Source: a virus
Lineage: Duplodnaviria; Caudoviricetes
IMG/VR virus record: IMGVR_UViG_3300037962_000450
Location: 16,722 to 80,721 of that record
DNA: 64,000 nt
Strand: one strand, 5' to 3'
Shown: one piece after another, positions 1 through 6,547 of the stretch
Numbering within the stretch: position 1 is the first letter of the stretch
How the letters are laid out: each line of letters opens with the position of its first letter
Program-made: the position numbers and the translations under genes
The notes under the pieces: model-generated
The model's database searches: none
What the model was told of the DNA's origin: nothing
What the model saw: the letters and a program-made list of their open reading frames with translations, nothing else

Positions 1-311
1 TTGCAAAAGGTCAATTCATTCTTATAAAGCCTGTCCTCGTCCACATCGTATTCGATGCTTTCGTTGGCTTCCCATTGTTGGCGATACTTCTCGCATCGCT
101 CTGCTTTCGCAGCCTTGTCAAGCTGGTGTTGACTTGGTTGCGTTGCTTCGCTGTGCATCGCCTCAAGTTCTGCGAGGGTACGCACACCGTCACGATTGTT
201 GCGGTATTCTTCCGGCAACAGGTGGTTCGGGACTTCGATACACTCCATGACCGCATCACGGAGTTCTGCGAGGAGTTTGCCGCCAACAGTGTTTGAAAAT
301 TCGTAACTCAT
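1..311 (-). CDS. Early hypothetical protein, partial (MSYEFSNTVGGKLLAELRDAV..., runs off the left edge)
   Basis: ATG at 311 follows RBS GAAAGGGAAA and promoter 352-380; the frame is open to the window edge. Not in the ORF track. Confidence 0.75.
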   Translation of the reverse strand, partial: MSYEFSNTVGGKLLAELRDAVMECIEVPNHLLPEEYRNNRDGVRTLAELEAMHSEATQPSQHQLDKAAKAERCEKYRQQWEANESIEYDVDEDRLYKNELTFC

Positions 312-351
312 AGTAGTTTCCCTTTCGTGGAATTGTCTTTCGTATGATTCT

Positions 352-380
352 ATTTTACCATACGCTGGTATATATGTCAA
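352..380 (-). promoter_or_regulatory. Early sigma70-type promoter
   Basis: TTGACA(380-375)-17 bp-TAAAAT(357-352), with TG extended -10. Confidence 0.85.
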
Positions 381-389
381 GCGAAATCG

Positions 390-500
390 TTATTTTTTCT
401 GAAGTTTTTTCAGCCGGTTGTGGTCTTGAATCTCGCTGTAAGCAGTCAAGAACAGGGGCGATAGAATCCAAGTCAGAATGAGAGCAGTTGTAATATCCAT
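390..500 (-). CDS. 36-aa single-TM membrane peptide (MDITTALILTWILSPLFLTAYSEIQDHNRLKKLQKK)
   Basis: Own promoter (526-554) and RBS GAAAGGAAAATC; hydrophobic N-terminus and basic tail. Confidence 0.7.
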   Translation of the reverse strand: MDITTALILTWILSPLFLTAYSEIQDHNRLKKLQKK

Positions 501-525
501 GATTTTCCTTTCGTGTTATGCCACC

Positions 526-554
526 ATTATACCATAATTATCGGCATTTGTCAA
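526..554 (-). promoter_or_regulatory. Early sigma70-type promoter
   Basis: Perfect TTGACA-17-TATAAT with TG extended -10. Confidence 0.9.
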
Positions 555-630
555 GGGGTGTCTCCACATTTTCTCGAAAAAAAATCAAAAAAATCCCCGC
601 CGTTTTTTGCCTGCCCCCCAGCGGGGTGGA

Positions 631-897
631 TCAGAATTCGTTATGCAGGTCACAGTCCCACACGTACATGTCGGCAGGCTCATCGTAGGCATCCTCCCAC
701 ATCTCACCGTTGTACGGATCATCGTCGTCGTACAGGTTGTCGGAACGCATCCCTTCCTCCCACGCGATGGCTTCCTCTGTCCACTCGTACTGTTCGGCCT
801 CCCATTCGGCCTGTGCCGCAAGAAGCTCCTCACGAGCTTCATACTGAGCGCATTCGGACAGTTCAACAGAAGTGATTTTTTCAAAGTGGTTACTCAT
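631..897 (-). CDS. Highly acidic early protein (DNA-mimic candidate)
   Basis: 88 aa with 28 D/E versus 3 K/R, W/Y-rich; RBS GAAAGGAAA and promoter 936-964. Confidence 0.75.
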   Translation of the reverse strand: MSNHFEKITSVELSECAQYEAREELLAAQAEWEAEQYEWTEEAIAWEEGMRSDNLYDDDDPYNGEMWEDAYDEPADMYVWDCDLHNEF

Positions 898-935
898 AGC
901 AATTTCCTTTCGAGGAGTGAACTTGTTATGCCTAC

Positions 936-964
936 ATTATAACATAAAGCAGGCCGGTTGTCAA
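936..964 (-). promoter_or_regulatory. Early sigma70-type promoter
   Basis: Perfect TTGACA-17-TATAAT with TG extended -10. Confidence 0.9.
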
Positions 965-993
965 GGGGAAAATTGGATTTTCTTGAAAGTTTT

Positions 994-1068
994 TTATTGG
1001 GCGTTCATAACCTCCGCACCAACAAGACCAATCAAACAAGCACCAATCAATAAAAATAAGAATGTCAT
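994..1068 (-). CDS. 24-aa hydrophobic peptide (MTFLFLLIGACLIGLVGAEVMNAQ)
   Basis: RBS GAAAGGAG 6-7 nt upstream and own promoter 1083-1111. Confidence 0.65.
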   Translation of the reverse strand: MTFLFLLIGACLIGLVGAEVMNAQ

Positions 1069-1082
1069 ATCTAACTCCTTTC

Positions 1083-1111
1083 ATTCTATTATATATTATC
1101 GGCACTGTCAA
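1083..1111 (-). promoter_or_regulatory. Early sigma70-type promoter
   Basis: TTGACA-17-TAGAAT; the spacer carries TGCCGATA as in other array promoters. Confidence 0.75.
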
Positions 1112-1224
1112 TAGCAAACCTTAACACAAAACTGAAAAAAACACAAAAAAAATCGAAAAACGCCGGGCCGTTTTTTGGCCTGTTTCCGAATGTCTGCCCG
1201 CCGTCCATCCGGCTGGATTGGCTA

Positions 1225-1338
1225 TTACAAACCGGCAAGAAGCCAACCGAATACAAAAGCAACCACGCACAGAATAACAGCCTTCCTTCCATCTGTAGGT
1301 TTCCAAGGGTCTCCGAACTCAACGTATGGCTCTACCAT
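1225..1338 (-). CDS. 37-aa single-TM peptide (MVEPYVEFGDPWKPTDGRKAVILCVVAFVFGWLLAGL)
   Basis: RBS GAAAGGAG; overlaps the stop of the upstream peptide; C-terminal TM helix. Confidence 0.65.
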   Translation of the reverse strand: MVEPYVEFGDPWKPTDGRKAVILCVVAFVFGWLLAGL

Positions 1339-1451
1339 TGCGGCTCCTTTCGTAATGTGTAAATAATATAACCAAGTGCAGCAGCCGACAAGAGCAGCCA
1401 CCACGGTGACATATCATCACCAACAATCCAATGGAAAATATTCTCAGGCAT
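1332..1451 (-). CDS. 39-aa single-TM peptide (MPENIFHWIVGDDMSPWWLLLSAAALGYIIYTLRKEPQW)
   Basis: Start overlaps the stop of 1444-1671; central TM segment followed by basic residues. Confidence 0.55.
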   Translation of the reverse strand: MPENIFHWIVGDDMSPWWLLLSAAALGYIIYTLRKEPQW

Positions 1452-1671
1452 GTGATCGCAATCCTACAAGGTAATCGGCTTCAATCCTACACAGATCAGC
1501 GGGATACGATCCCATCTCATACGTGTCCGCTTCCACTACTAGAATCAAAGGTGACTCATCTTGATCGCATGATTCTATTTCTGGGTGATCGAGAATAAAC
1601 CACGCAGCCGCCTGAAAAAGCGATTCCGCATTGTACCATTCTGTAATTCCACAGTATTGACATCTAAACAT
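1444..1671 (-). CDS. Early hypothetical protein (N-terminal CxxC)
   Basis: ORF track; RBS GAAAAGGAAAA directly upstream. Confidence 0.6.
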   Translation of the reverse strand: MFRCQYCGITEWYNAESLFQAAAWFILDHPEIESCDQDESPLILVVEADTYEMGSYPADLCRIEADYLVGLRSHA

Positions 1672-1750
1672 TTGTTTTCCTTTTCGATTCTTCTGTTTTC
1701 AATTCTCTGTGCCTCTCTTGCGAGTTGCATTATATGGCAGCGTCTCATTC

Positions 1751-2002
1751 TCATACTTCATCCTCCCACAGGGTAAAGCAACCTCTAGCCTCACCAGCCG
1801 ATAGCACTTGATAGCACACGCCTGTGTCACTGATAGATATACTAAACAAACGCTCATCACCCTGAAACAGGTCGATAGTACGCAAACCCTTTTTGGGTAT
1901 CGTGTCTAGCTCGAAGGTACACGTTCCTTCTTCGTGATTAGTAACAGCGCCAACATTCTCATAACTAACGTGGTTCGTTGGGTAGTTTCTAGTTTTGCTC
2001 AT
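1751..2002 (-). CDS. Early hypothetical protein
   Basis: ORF track; RBS GAAAGGAAA and promoter 2030-2057. Confidence 0.75.
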   Translation of the reverse strand: MSKTRNYPTNHVSYENVGAVTNHEEGTCTFELDTIPKKGLRTIDLFQGDERLFSISISDTGVCYQVLSAGEARGCFTLWEDEV

Positions 2003-2029
2003 TTTATTTCCTTTCGTTCTATACTATAT

Positions 2030-2057
2030 ATTTTACAATACGATTGCCGAATGTCAA
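2030..2057 (-). promoter_or_regulatory. Early sigma70-type promoter (16-bp spacer variant)
   Basis: TTGACA-16-TAAAAT; 21 bp (2040-2060) are identical to 4177-4197. Confidence 0.75.
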
Positions 2058-2060
2058 GCC

Positions 2061-2330
2061 CTACCCGCTAGAATCTACATCGTAGGTAATACCACACTCT
2101 TTACAAGTGTGATTGTGGTAACAGTTACCCTTGCGGATAACTATCATGTCATAACGCCGAGTCATCTCTTGGCGTTTTCTTGGTGTGCTACCAATGCACT
2201 TACCATTGTCATCATACTTATACTCCATGTAGCACATGGTTGTTTCGTACTCAGTACCACACTCAGCAAGGTGCTTAGTGTATTCTTTTGGTTGGGTCTT
2301 CCAACCGTTTGCAGTTCCTAGTTGAATCAT
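2061..2330 (-). CDS. Early hypothetical protein with Cys/His cluster (possible Zn-binding)
   Basis: ORF track; RBS GAAAGGAAAG; C-terminal CYHNHTCKEC. Confidence 0.7.
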   Translation of the reverse strand: MIQLGTANGWKTQPKEYTKHLAECGTEYETTMCYMEYKYDDNGKCIGSTPRKRQEMTRRYDMIVIRKGNCYHNHTCKECGITYDVDSSG

Positions 2331-2445
2331 AATCTTTCCTTTCGATTAACTTCTTATCTATATATATTATCGGCACTTGCCGGTTGAGAGTTTAACCTTT
2401 TCTCTCATTTTCTTATAATATATTATACCATACCCCTGTGACACG

Positions 2446-2658
2446 TTAGGTCACTGGAACGTACTTTCCGACAATTTTTCTCCACTTTCTCATAACATAA
2501 TCATATTTGCCCTGACATTCAACGGTTCCCATAGATGAGCCGGTTGAGCCAACCCAAGTGGTAATGGCATACTTGCCGGTTCGGTTGCATCGCACCATGT
2601 AACGCATTCCGGTTGGCGTTTCCTTGGTCAGTCTGATTTCATAAGCTACGTAATTCAT
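2446..2658 (-). CDS. Early hypothetical basic protein
   Basis: ORF track; RBS GAAAGGAAA and promoter 2687-2715. Confidence 0.75.
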   Translation of the reverse strand: MNYVAYEIRLTKETPTGMRYMVRCNRTGKYAITTWVGSTGSSMGTVECQGKYDYVMRKWRKIVGKYVPVT

Positions 2659-2686
2659 TTCATTTCCTTTCGATTAAGATAACCCC

Positions 2687-2715
2687 ATTATAACATATAT
2701 CGACCAGTTTGTCAA
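2687..2715 (-). promoter_or_regulatory. Early sigma70-type promoter
   Basis: Perfect TTGACA-17-TATAAT with TG extended -10. Confidence 0.9.
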
Positions 2716-2816
2716 GTAAAATCCAGTCTAATCTCTCATTTTGTGGAAAATAAACAAAGTTTTCTCTTACTGAGACTGAATCTCAAAAGCTAAAAATGCC
2801 CGGCCTTTTTTGTCGC

Positions 2817-2945
2817 TCACTTCTTTCCCTTCTTGTTGCTAGAGAGGCAGGGGATACAGATTCCTTTGTCAATAGGAATCATCATAACCTTGCCGCATTT
2901 CTTACAAGGAAGATTGTTTGAGACTTTGATAACTTTCGGATTCAT
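2817..2945 (-). CDS. Possible small Zn-finger protein (CxxC...CxxC)
   Basis: LPCKKCGK...GICIPCLS; start uncertain, overlaps the upstream ORF. Confidence 0.35.
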   Translation of the reverse strand: MNPKVIKVSNNLPCKKCGKVMMIPIDKGICIPCLSSNKKGKK

Positions 2946-3069
2946 ATTTCGCAAGTTCCTTTTCTGCATTCTGTTTGAGTTCAAGCCATTCGGCGTAGTT
3001 GATGAAATATCCATCGTTGGCAATCTGACACAGCTCAACGTGCAATTCGTATTTCTCGAAGTCGGTCAT
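2902..3069 (-). CDS. Early hypothetical protein (MTDFEKYELHVELCQ...)
   Basis: ATGA overlap with the stop of 3066-3215; the track start at 3138 is probably too long. Confidence 0.6.
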   Translation of the reverse strand: MTDFEKYELHVELCQIANDGYFINYAEWLELKQNAEKELAKYESESYQSLKQSSL

Positions 3070-3215
3070 TTGCACATTCCTTTCGCTCTCTCTGTACACT
3101 CTTTGAGCCAACCGCGATTGCTCGCGTTGCCCGTCCAAACCTGCACGACTTCACCGGCAGAATTGAAAACGCGGACTGCCCAGTGCCGACTGTAGTGTTG
3201 AACCTGAAACGTCAT
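3066..3215 (-). CDS. Early hypothetical protein (MTFQVQHYSRHW...)
   Basis: GGAGG RBS 7-8 nt upstream of ATG 3215; promoter 3254-3282. Confidence 0.65.
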   Translation of the reverse strand: MTFQVQHYSRHWAVRVFNSAGEVVQVWTGNASNRGWLKECTERAKGMCK

Positions 3216-3253
3216 TCTGAAACCTCCAAAAGTGATTGACTTGTGATACGGGT

Positions 3254-3282
3254 ATTGTATCATATATATCGACACATTGCAA
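3254..3282 (-). promoter_or_regulatory. Early sigma70-type promoter
   Basis: TTGCAA-17-TACAAT with a CGATA spacer motif. Confidence 0.65.
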
Positions 3283-3387
3283 GCCCAGCAGCCAGTTATT
3301 TAGGGAAAGTTCTCAAAAAAAAAGAAAAACGCGGGGCGTTTTTTGCCCGCCTTCCCCCCTGTGTCCCTGCGCCCTGTAAGGGATTGG

Positions 3388-3642
3388 TTAGGCTAGTACA
3401 TCATCAGCCCACGCCCAGCCAATCGGCGGCATCAGGTCGTGTAGTTGTGTGGTGTAGCTGATAGCGTAGGCGTCTATGTCTGACTGTGCTATGCTACCAT
3501 ACTCTACCACATCACCACATACTAACGCCCAACCTATACCATTCTCATCGGGTAGCTCTGTGATGTAGTACTCCCACATGTTGCTAAGCATTACATGGGC
3601 TACTACGTTCAGCCTCTGATCGTTTCGTGTGATTGGTCTCAT
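3388..3642 (-). CDS. Early protein, possibly DUF2958-like
   Basis: RBS AGGAG before ATG 3642; WEYYITELPDENGIGWALVCGDVVEYGSI resembles my recollection of the DUF2958 core (W..TE.D....FGL.D....ELGYV). Confidence 0.55.
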   Translation of the reverse strand: MRPITRNDQRLNVVAHVMLSNMWEYYITELPDENGIGWALVCGDVVEYGSIAQSDIDAYAISYTTQLHDLMPPIGWAWADDVLA

Positions 3643-3700
3643 GGTGTACTCTCCTGTGTACTGTGTTGTGTGTGCTTGTAGGGGATTGGTTGGGGTGAGA

Positions 3701-3868
3701 CTATGCCGCTTCCATGCTATACTCATAGTCTGCATGTATTAGCTCATTGCTATAGAATACAGGTATCCCATCAATCTGCAATTCGTAGTGTTCACAGTGT
3801 AGGTTATGCACTAACTCAATCAGTGTACTGTCAACCCACATTGATTTGATAATTACAAAGTCGTTCAT
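3701..3868 (-). CDS. 55-aa early hypothetical protein (MNDFVIIKSMWVDSTL...)
   Basis: ATGA overlap with the stop of 3865-4143; fills the gap; below the track cutoff. Confidence 0.55.
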   Translation of the reverse strand: MNDFVIIKSMWVDSTLIELVHNLHCEHYELQIDGIPVFYSNELIHADYEYSMEAA

Positions 3869-4143
3869 GATGGCATTACTCCTTCAAGAATTCCACCCTG
3901 AGCCGAAATCTCAGCCAGCACAACCTCAACCGGCACGTATGGGTAAACGGTCTCTGTATAAAGCTCAGTACCGCACAACTCTGCGAACTCTCGCAGCTCT
4001 TTAGTTTTGGGTGTAGTGCTAGGGAAACCACACTCAACCGTTAACAGCCTGCCACCCTCGCGCCGAGAGTATGCACCACTGTGAGCCTGCACGCTGATGC
4101 TGAACCCACTCTGGCAGGTAATTCTAGGATTGAACTCGATCAT
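3865..4143 (-). CDS. Conserved phage hypothetical protein (GFSISVQA...VECGFPS...TVYPYVP)
   Basis: ORF track; RBS GAAAGGAAAA; promoter 4167-4194; motif pattern recalled from widespread small phage proteins of unknown function. Confidence 0.75.
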   Translation of the reverse strand: MIEFNPRITCQSGFSISVQAHSGAYSRREGGRLLTVECGFPSTTPKTKELREFAELCGTELYTETVYPYVPVEVVLAEISAQGGILEGVMPS

Positions 4144-4166
4144 AATTTTTCCTTTCGTTTCTATCT

Positions 4167-4194
4167 ATTATACTAAACGATTGCCGAATGTCAA
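4167..4194 (-). promoter_or_regulatory. Early sigma70-type promoter (16-bp spacer variant)
   Basis: TTGACA-16-TATAAT. Confidence 0.8.
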
Positions 4195-4196
4195 GC

Positions 4197-4505
4197 CTAG
4201 CTTGCCACCCATTCGTGCAATGACGCTTCATCCCACTTGCGCGGGAAGCCGGAAGCATCGCAGTCGCTAGGGCAACCGCACTGAATCCACACCTTAGCGG
4301 AGTTGAGCAACTCACTCAACTTAGCATATGGTGAGTAGTTGAATACCATAGCGTTACCGATTGGATCAATAACGTAGGCGATCAACTTAACGAGGACAAC
4401 GTTGCCCTCTGGATCAAGTTCGCTGATCTTGTCAACCCAAAGGCTATGATCCTCAAGCCCGTAGTTCTCAGCATTAAAAATGTTTTTAACAGCTTCAGTT
4501 TTCAT
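4197..4505 (-). CDS. Early hypothetical protein
   Basis: ORF track; RBS GAAAGGAAAA; promoter 4536-4564. Confidence 0.8.
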   Translation of the reverse strand: MKTEAVKNIFNAENYGLEDHSLWVDKISELDPEGNVVLVKLIAYVIDPIGNAMVFNYSPYAKLSELLNSAKVWIQCGCPSDCDASGFPRKWDEASLHEWVAS

Positions 4506-4535
4506 CTTAGTTTTCCTTTCGATTAAGATGCTTTC

Positions 4536-4564
4536 ATTATACTATATATATCGGCATTTGTCAA
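4536..4564 (-). promoter_or_regulatory. Early sigma70-type promoter
   Basis: Perfect TTGACA-17-TATAAT; 21 bp (4549-4569) are identical to 539-559. Confidence 0.9.
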
Positions 4565-4577
4565 GGGGTATCTTGAA

Positions 4578-4685
4578 TTATTTTCCAAGAATATTAAAAT
4601 AAATTATGTGTGCCCCTAGTGAAGCGAATGCCATAAGCACGCCAGCCGATACGATGATCTTGGATAAAATTTCAATTTGTTGCAT
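4578..4685 (-). CDS. 35-aa single-TM peptide (MQQIEILSKIIVSAGVLMAFASLGAHIIYFNILGK)
   Basis: RBS GAAAGGA and promoter 4720-4748; first gene of the early array. Confidence 0.65.
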   Translation of the reverse strand: MQQIEILSKIIVSAGVLMAFASLGAHIIYFNILGK

Positions 4686-4719
4686 TTGTCTTAATCCTTT
4701 CGTTGATTGTTATACTAGT

Positions 4720-4748
4720 AGTATATCATATATATCGTCATTTGTCAA
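4720..4748 (-). promoter_or_regulatory. Early sigma70-type promoter (first of the array)
   Basis: TTGACA-17-TATACT. Confidence 0.8.
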
Positions 4749-5016
4749 GGGCAATCTTGAGTTTTTTTGAAAAAAACCCGAAAAAAAACGGCCAGTCAAT
4801 TTTCTTGTGTCGCCCTGTGTCACGCGAAAAGTGCTATAGGGGTGGTTTTATCTTCAGAAATCACTTGACTCTCCAAAGCTAAAAAGTTAGGGGTGGTTCA
4901 GACAAAATTAGCCAGCTTTTCTGTTTATGTATTACCTAAACCTCCCCAATCGGCCCCATGTTTCTGCCGAGTAATTTGCCAGATTTTGGTATTGTTATGT
5001 TTTTGTTGCTTTTTCA

Positions 5017-5025
5017 GTGTATAAT
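5017..5025 (+). promoter_or_regulatory. Putative late promoter GTGTATAAT
   Basis: Motif recurs before six rightward operon starts, usually after a T-rich tract, with no -35 hexamer. Confidence 0.65.
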
Positions 5026-5063
5026 ATTCTAGATAAATCATTCCAATTAAAAAGGAAATCAAT

Positions 5064-5243
5064 ATGACTGATTGTGACAAATCTGATTGTGGCTGCAAGG
5101 GAAAGAAAGTAGAATCAACCTTAGAGGTTAAAGCTACCGCGTCTCTCCACGAAGAGATCGTAGGTGATATGAGTATGGAAGACGCTCCGCTAGAGGAACT
5201 TCTTGCTGAACAGGAGTCTAAGGATGCACGAGAAGAAGGCTAA
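5064..5243 (+). CDS. 59-aa acidic protein with an N-terminal Cys cluster (MTDCDKSDCGCKGK...)
   Basis: RBS AAAGGAAA; follows the motif at 5017; below the track cutoff. Confidence 0.6.
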   Translation: MTDCDKSDCGCKGKKVESTLEVKATASLHEEIVGDMSMEDAPLEELLAEQESKDAREEG

Positions 5244-6051
5244 GTACCGTATTGGTGCTATGGAAGTAGGGTGGACAGATAAGGATGTAATCGGAGGCCC
5301 CATAGAACTGCTAGGCCCCGAGGCAATACCAGACGTTCATAATCTGAAAATGATCACCGGCGTGGAAACCGCCGTAGATAGGTCGGGCTTCTGTAAGGAG
5401 AAGTGTGGTTTTGAAAAGATTGTGGGCTTCGATCACTATTTCTATTACCAGATAGAAGATTGGCACGACAAACACACGGTAGTCTCTGAACGAGGTCTAG
5501 GCTATATAGAGGAGAAGGACGGTAAGACGTTCTTAATAAGACACAACCCCGTCGCCTACAGAGACCAAAACGGTGTTCAGTATCCTTTACCAAAAGGAAT
5601 GTATGCCGATCTAGGTGGAGGCGCGTATATACTAGCTTATACCATCCCGCCGCCCACATATATTGAAGCTCTCGCCATTCCTCACTCGCTGATAGCGTCT
5701 ACATCTGAGGGAAACCCAACACCCGTAGAACTTGAGCCAAACACACTCTTAGGAAGAATGGATAATGTAGTACAAGCAATCGACTCTGATGAGTTGATGA
5801 GAATAGTTGGAGACAAAGTAGTTGACCCACTGATTAATTCACAAAAACAACTCGACTTAAAGGCAAGACACTTAAGGCTAACCAGAAAAAATTCCTCCGT
5901 AGCCTCGCCAATAGTTAGGTTATTACCACAAGAAGTAGATGACAAAACGCCACGCCAAAGAGGTAGTATCATTTTCAACTCACAGACTAACCGCTTACAG
6001 TGTTATGACGGAGAGAAATGGAGAACCATAGCGTGGGAAGAGGAGGAATAA
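5224..6051 (+). CDS. Hypothetical, probably virion-associated protein
   Basis: ATG 5224 preferred over TTG 5203; C-terminal GSIIFNSQTNRLQCYDGEKW resembles a beta-motif common in phage fibre proteins. Confidence 0.7.
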   Translation: MHEKKAKYRIGAMEVGWTDKDVIGGPIELLGPEAIPDVHNLKMITGVETAVDRSGFCKEKCGFEKIVGFDHYFYYQIEDWHDKHTVVSERGLGYIEEKDGKTFLIRHNPVAYRDQNGVQYPLPKGMYADLGGGAYILAYTIPPPTYIEALAIPHSLIASTSEGNPTPVELEPNTLLGRMDNVVQAIDSDELMRIVGDKVVDPLINSQKQLDLKARHLRLTRKNSSVASPIVRLLPQEVDDKTPRQRGSIIFNSQTNRLQCYDGEKWRTIAWEEEE

Positions 6052-6052
6052 T

Positions 6053-6547
6053 ATGCACGTCCCACCAAATATGACAGAGGAACAAACTTTAGCAGAGATC
6101 ACAAAGGTTATTGACAGAATCGCCCCAAGATATACTTTTTACGGGTACGAACTGGATGATATCAAACAAGAGTCTTTTATTATTTGCGCAGATGCATTAC
6201 CTCGTTACGACGCAACTCGCCCTCTTGAAAACTTCTTAGCCGTGCATCTCTCTAACCGTCTCAAAAACTTTGTCAGAGACAACCACTTCATTAAAGGTGA
6301 GGATGAAAAGAAGAAGATTGTCATGCCCGGCCAATTGGTTAATGAACAAACTATATTAGACGATAGAGAAGAAAAAGACAACATTTTAGATTACTCAGAG
6401 ATGACTTCTGCGGTAGATCGCAAATTACCAGCAGAATATAGATCAGATTACTTAAAGATAATAAATGATGTATATGTACCTAAGAAAAGAAAAGAAGAAG
6501 TACTAGGTCTTATACATGAAATACTAGAGGAAGGTGGACATGCGTAA
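6053..6547 (+). CDS. Truncated sigma70-family factor (region 2-like; region 4 HTH degenerate)
   Basis: LDDIKQESFIICADALPRYDATRPLENFLAVHLSNRLKNFVRD parallels sigma region 2 (EDL.QE...L..A...FD......F.TY......I...R). Confidence 0.7.
   Translation: MHVPPNMTEEQTLAEITKVIDRIAPRYTFYGYELDDIKQESFIICADALPRYDATRPLENFLAVHLSNRLKNFVRDNHFIKGEDEKKKIVMPGQLVNEQTILDDREEKDNILDYSEMTSAVDRKLPAEYRSDYLKIINDVYVPKKRKEEVLGLIHEILEEGGHA

Noticed and set aside
1575-1754. Alternative 59-aa minus-strand ORF (MRMRRCHIMQLAREAQ...) overlapping 1444-1671 by ~97 nt
   Set aside because: The 1671 start has a strong GAAAAGGAAAA RBS, so it was preferred; the overlap cannot be resolved without comparative data.
75-3461. Plus-strand ORFs in the early region (75, 513, 607, 872, 1175, 1585, 1995, 2833, 3243)
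   Set aside because: They are antisense shadows of minus-strand genes that have promoters and RBSs; they lack RBSs and span regulatory DNA.
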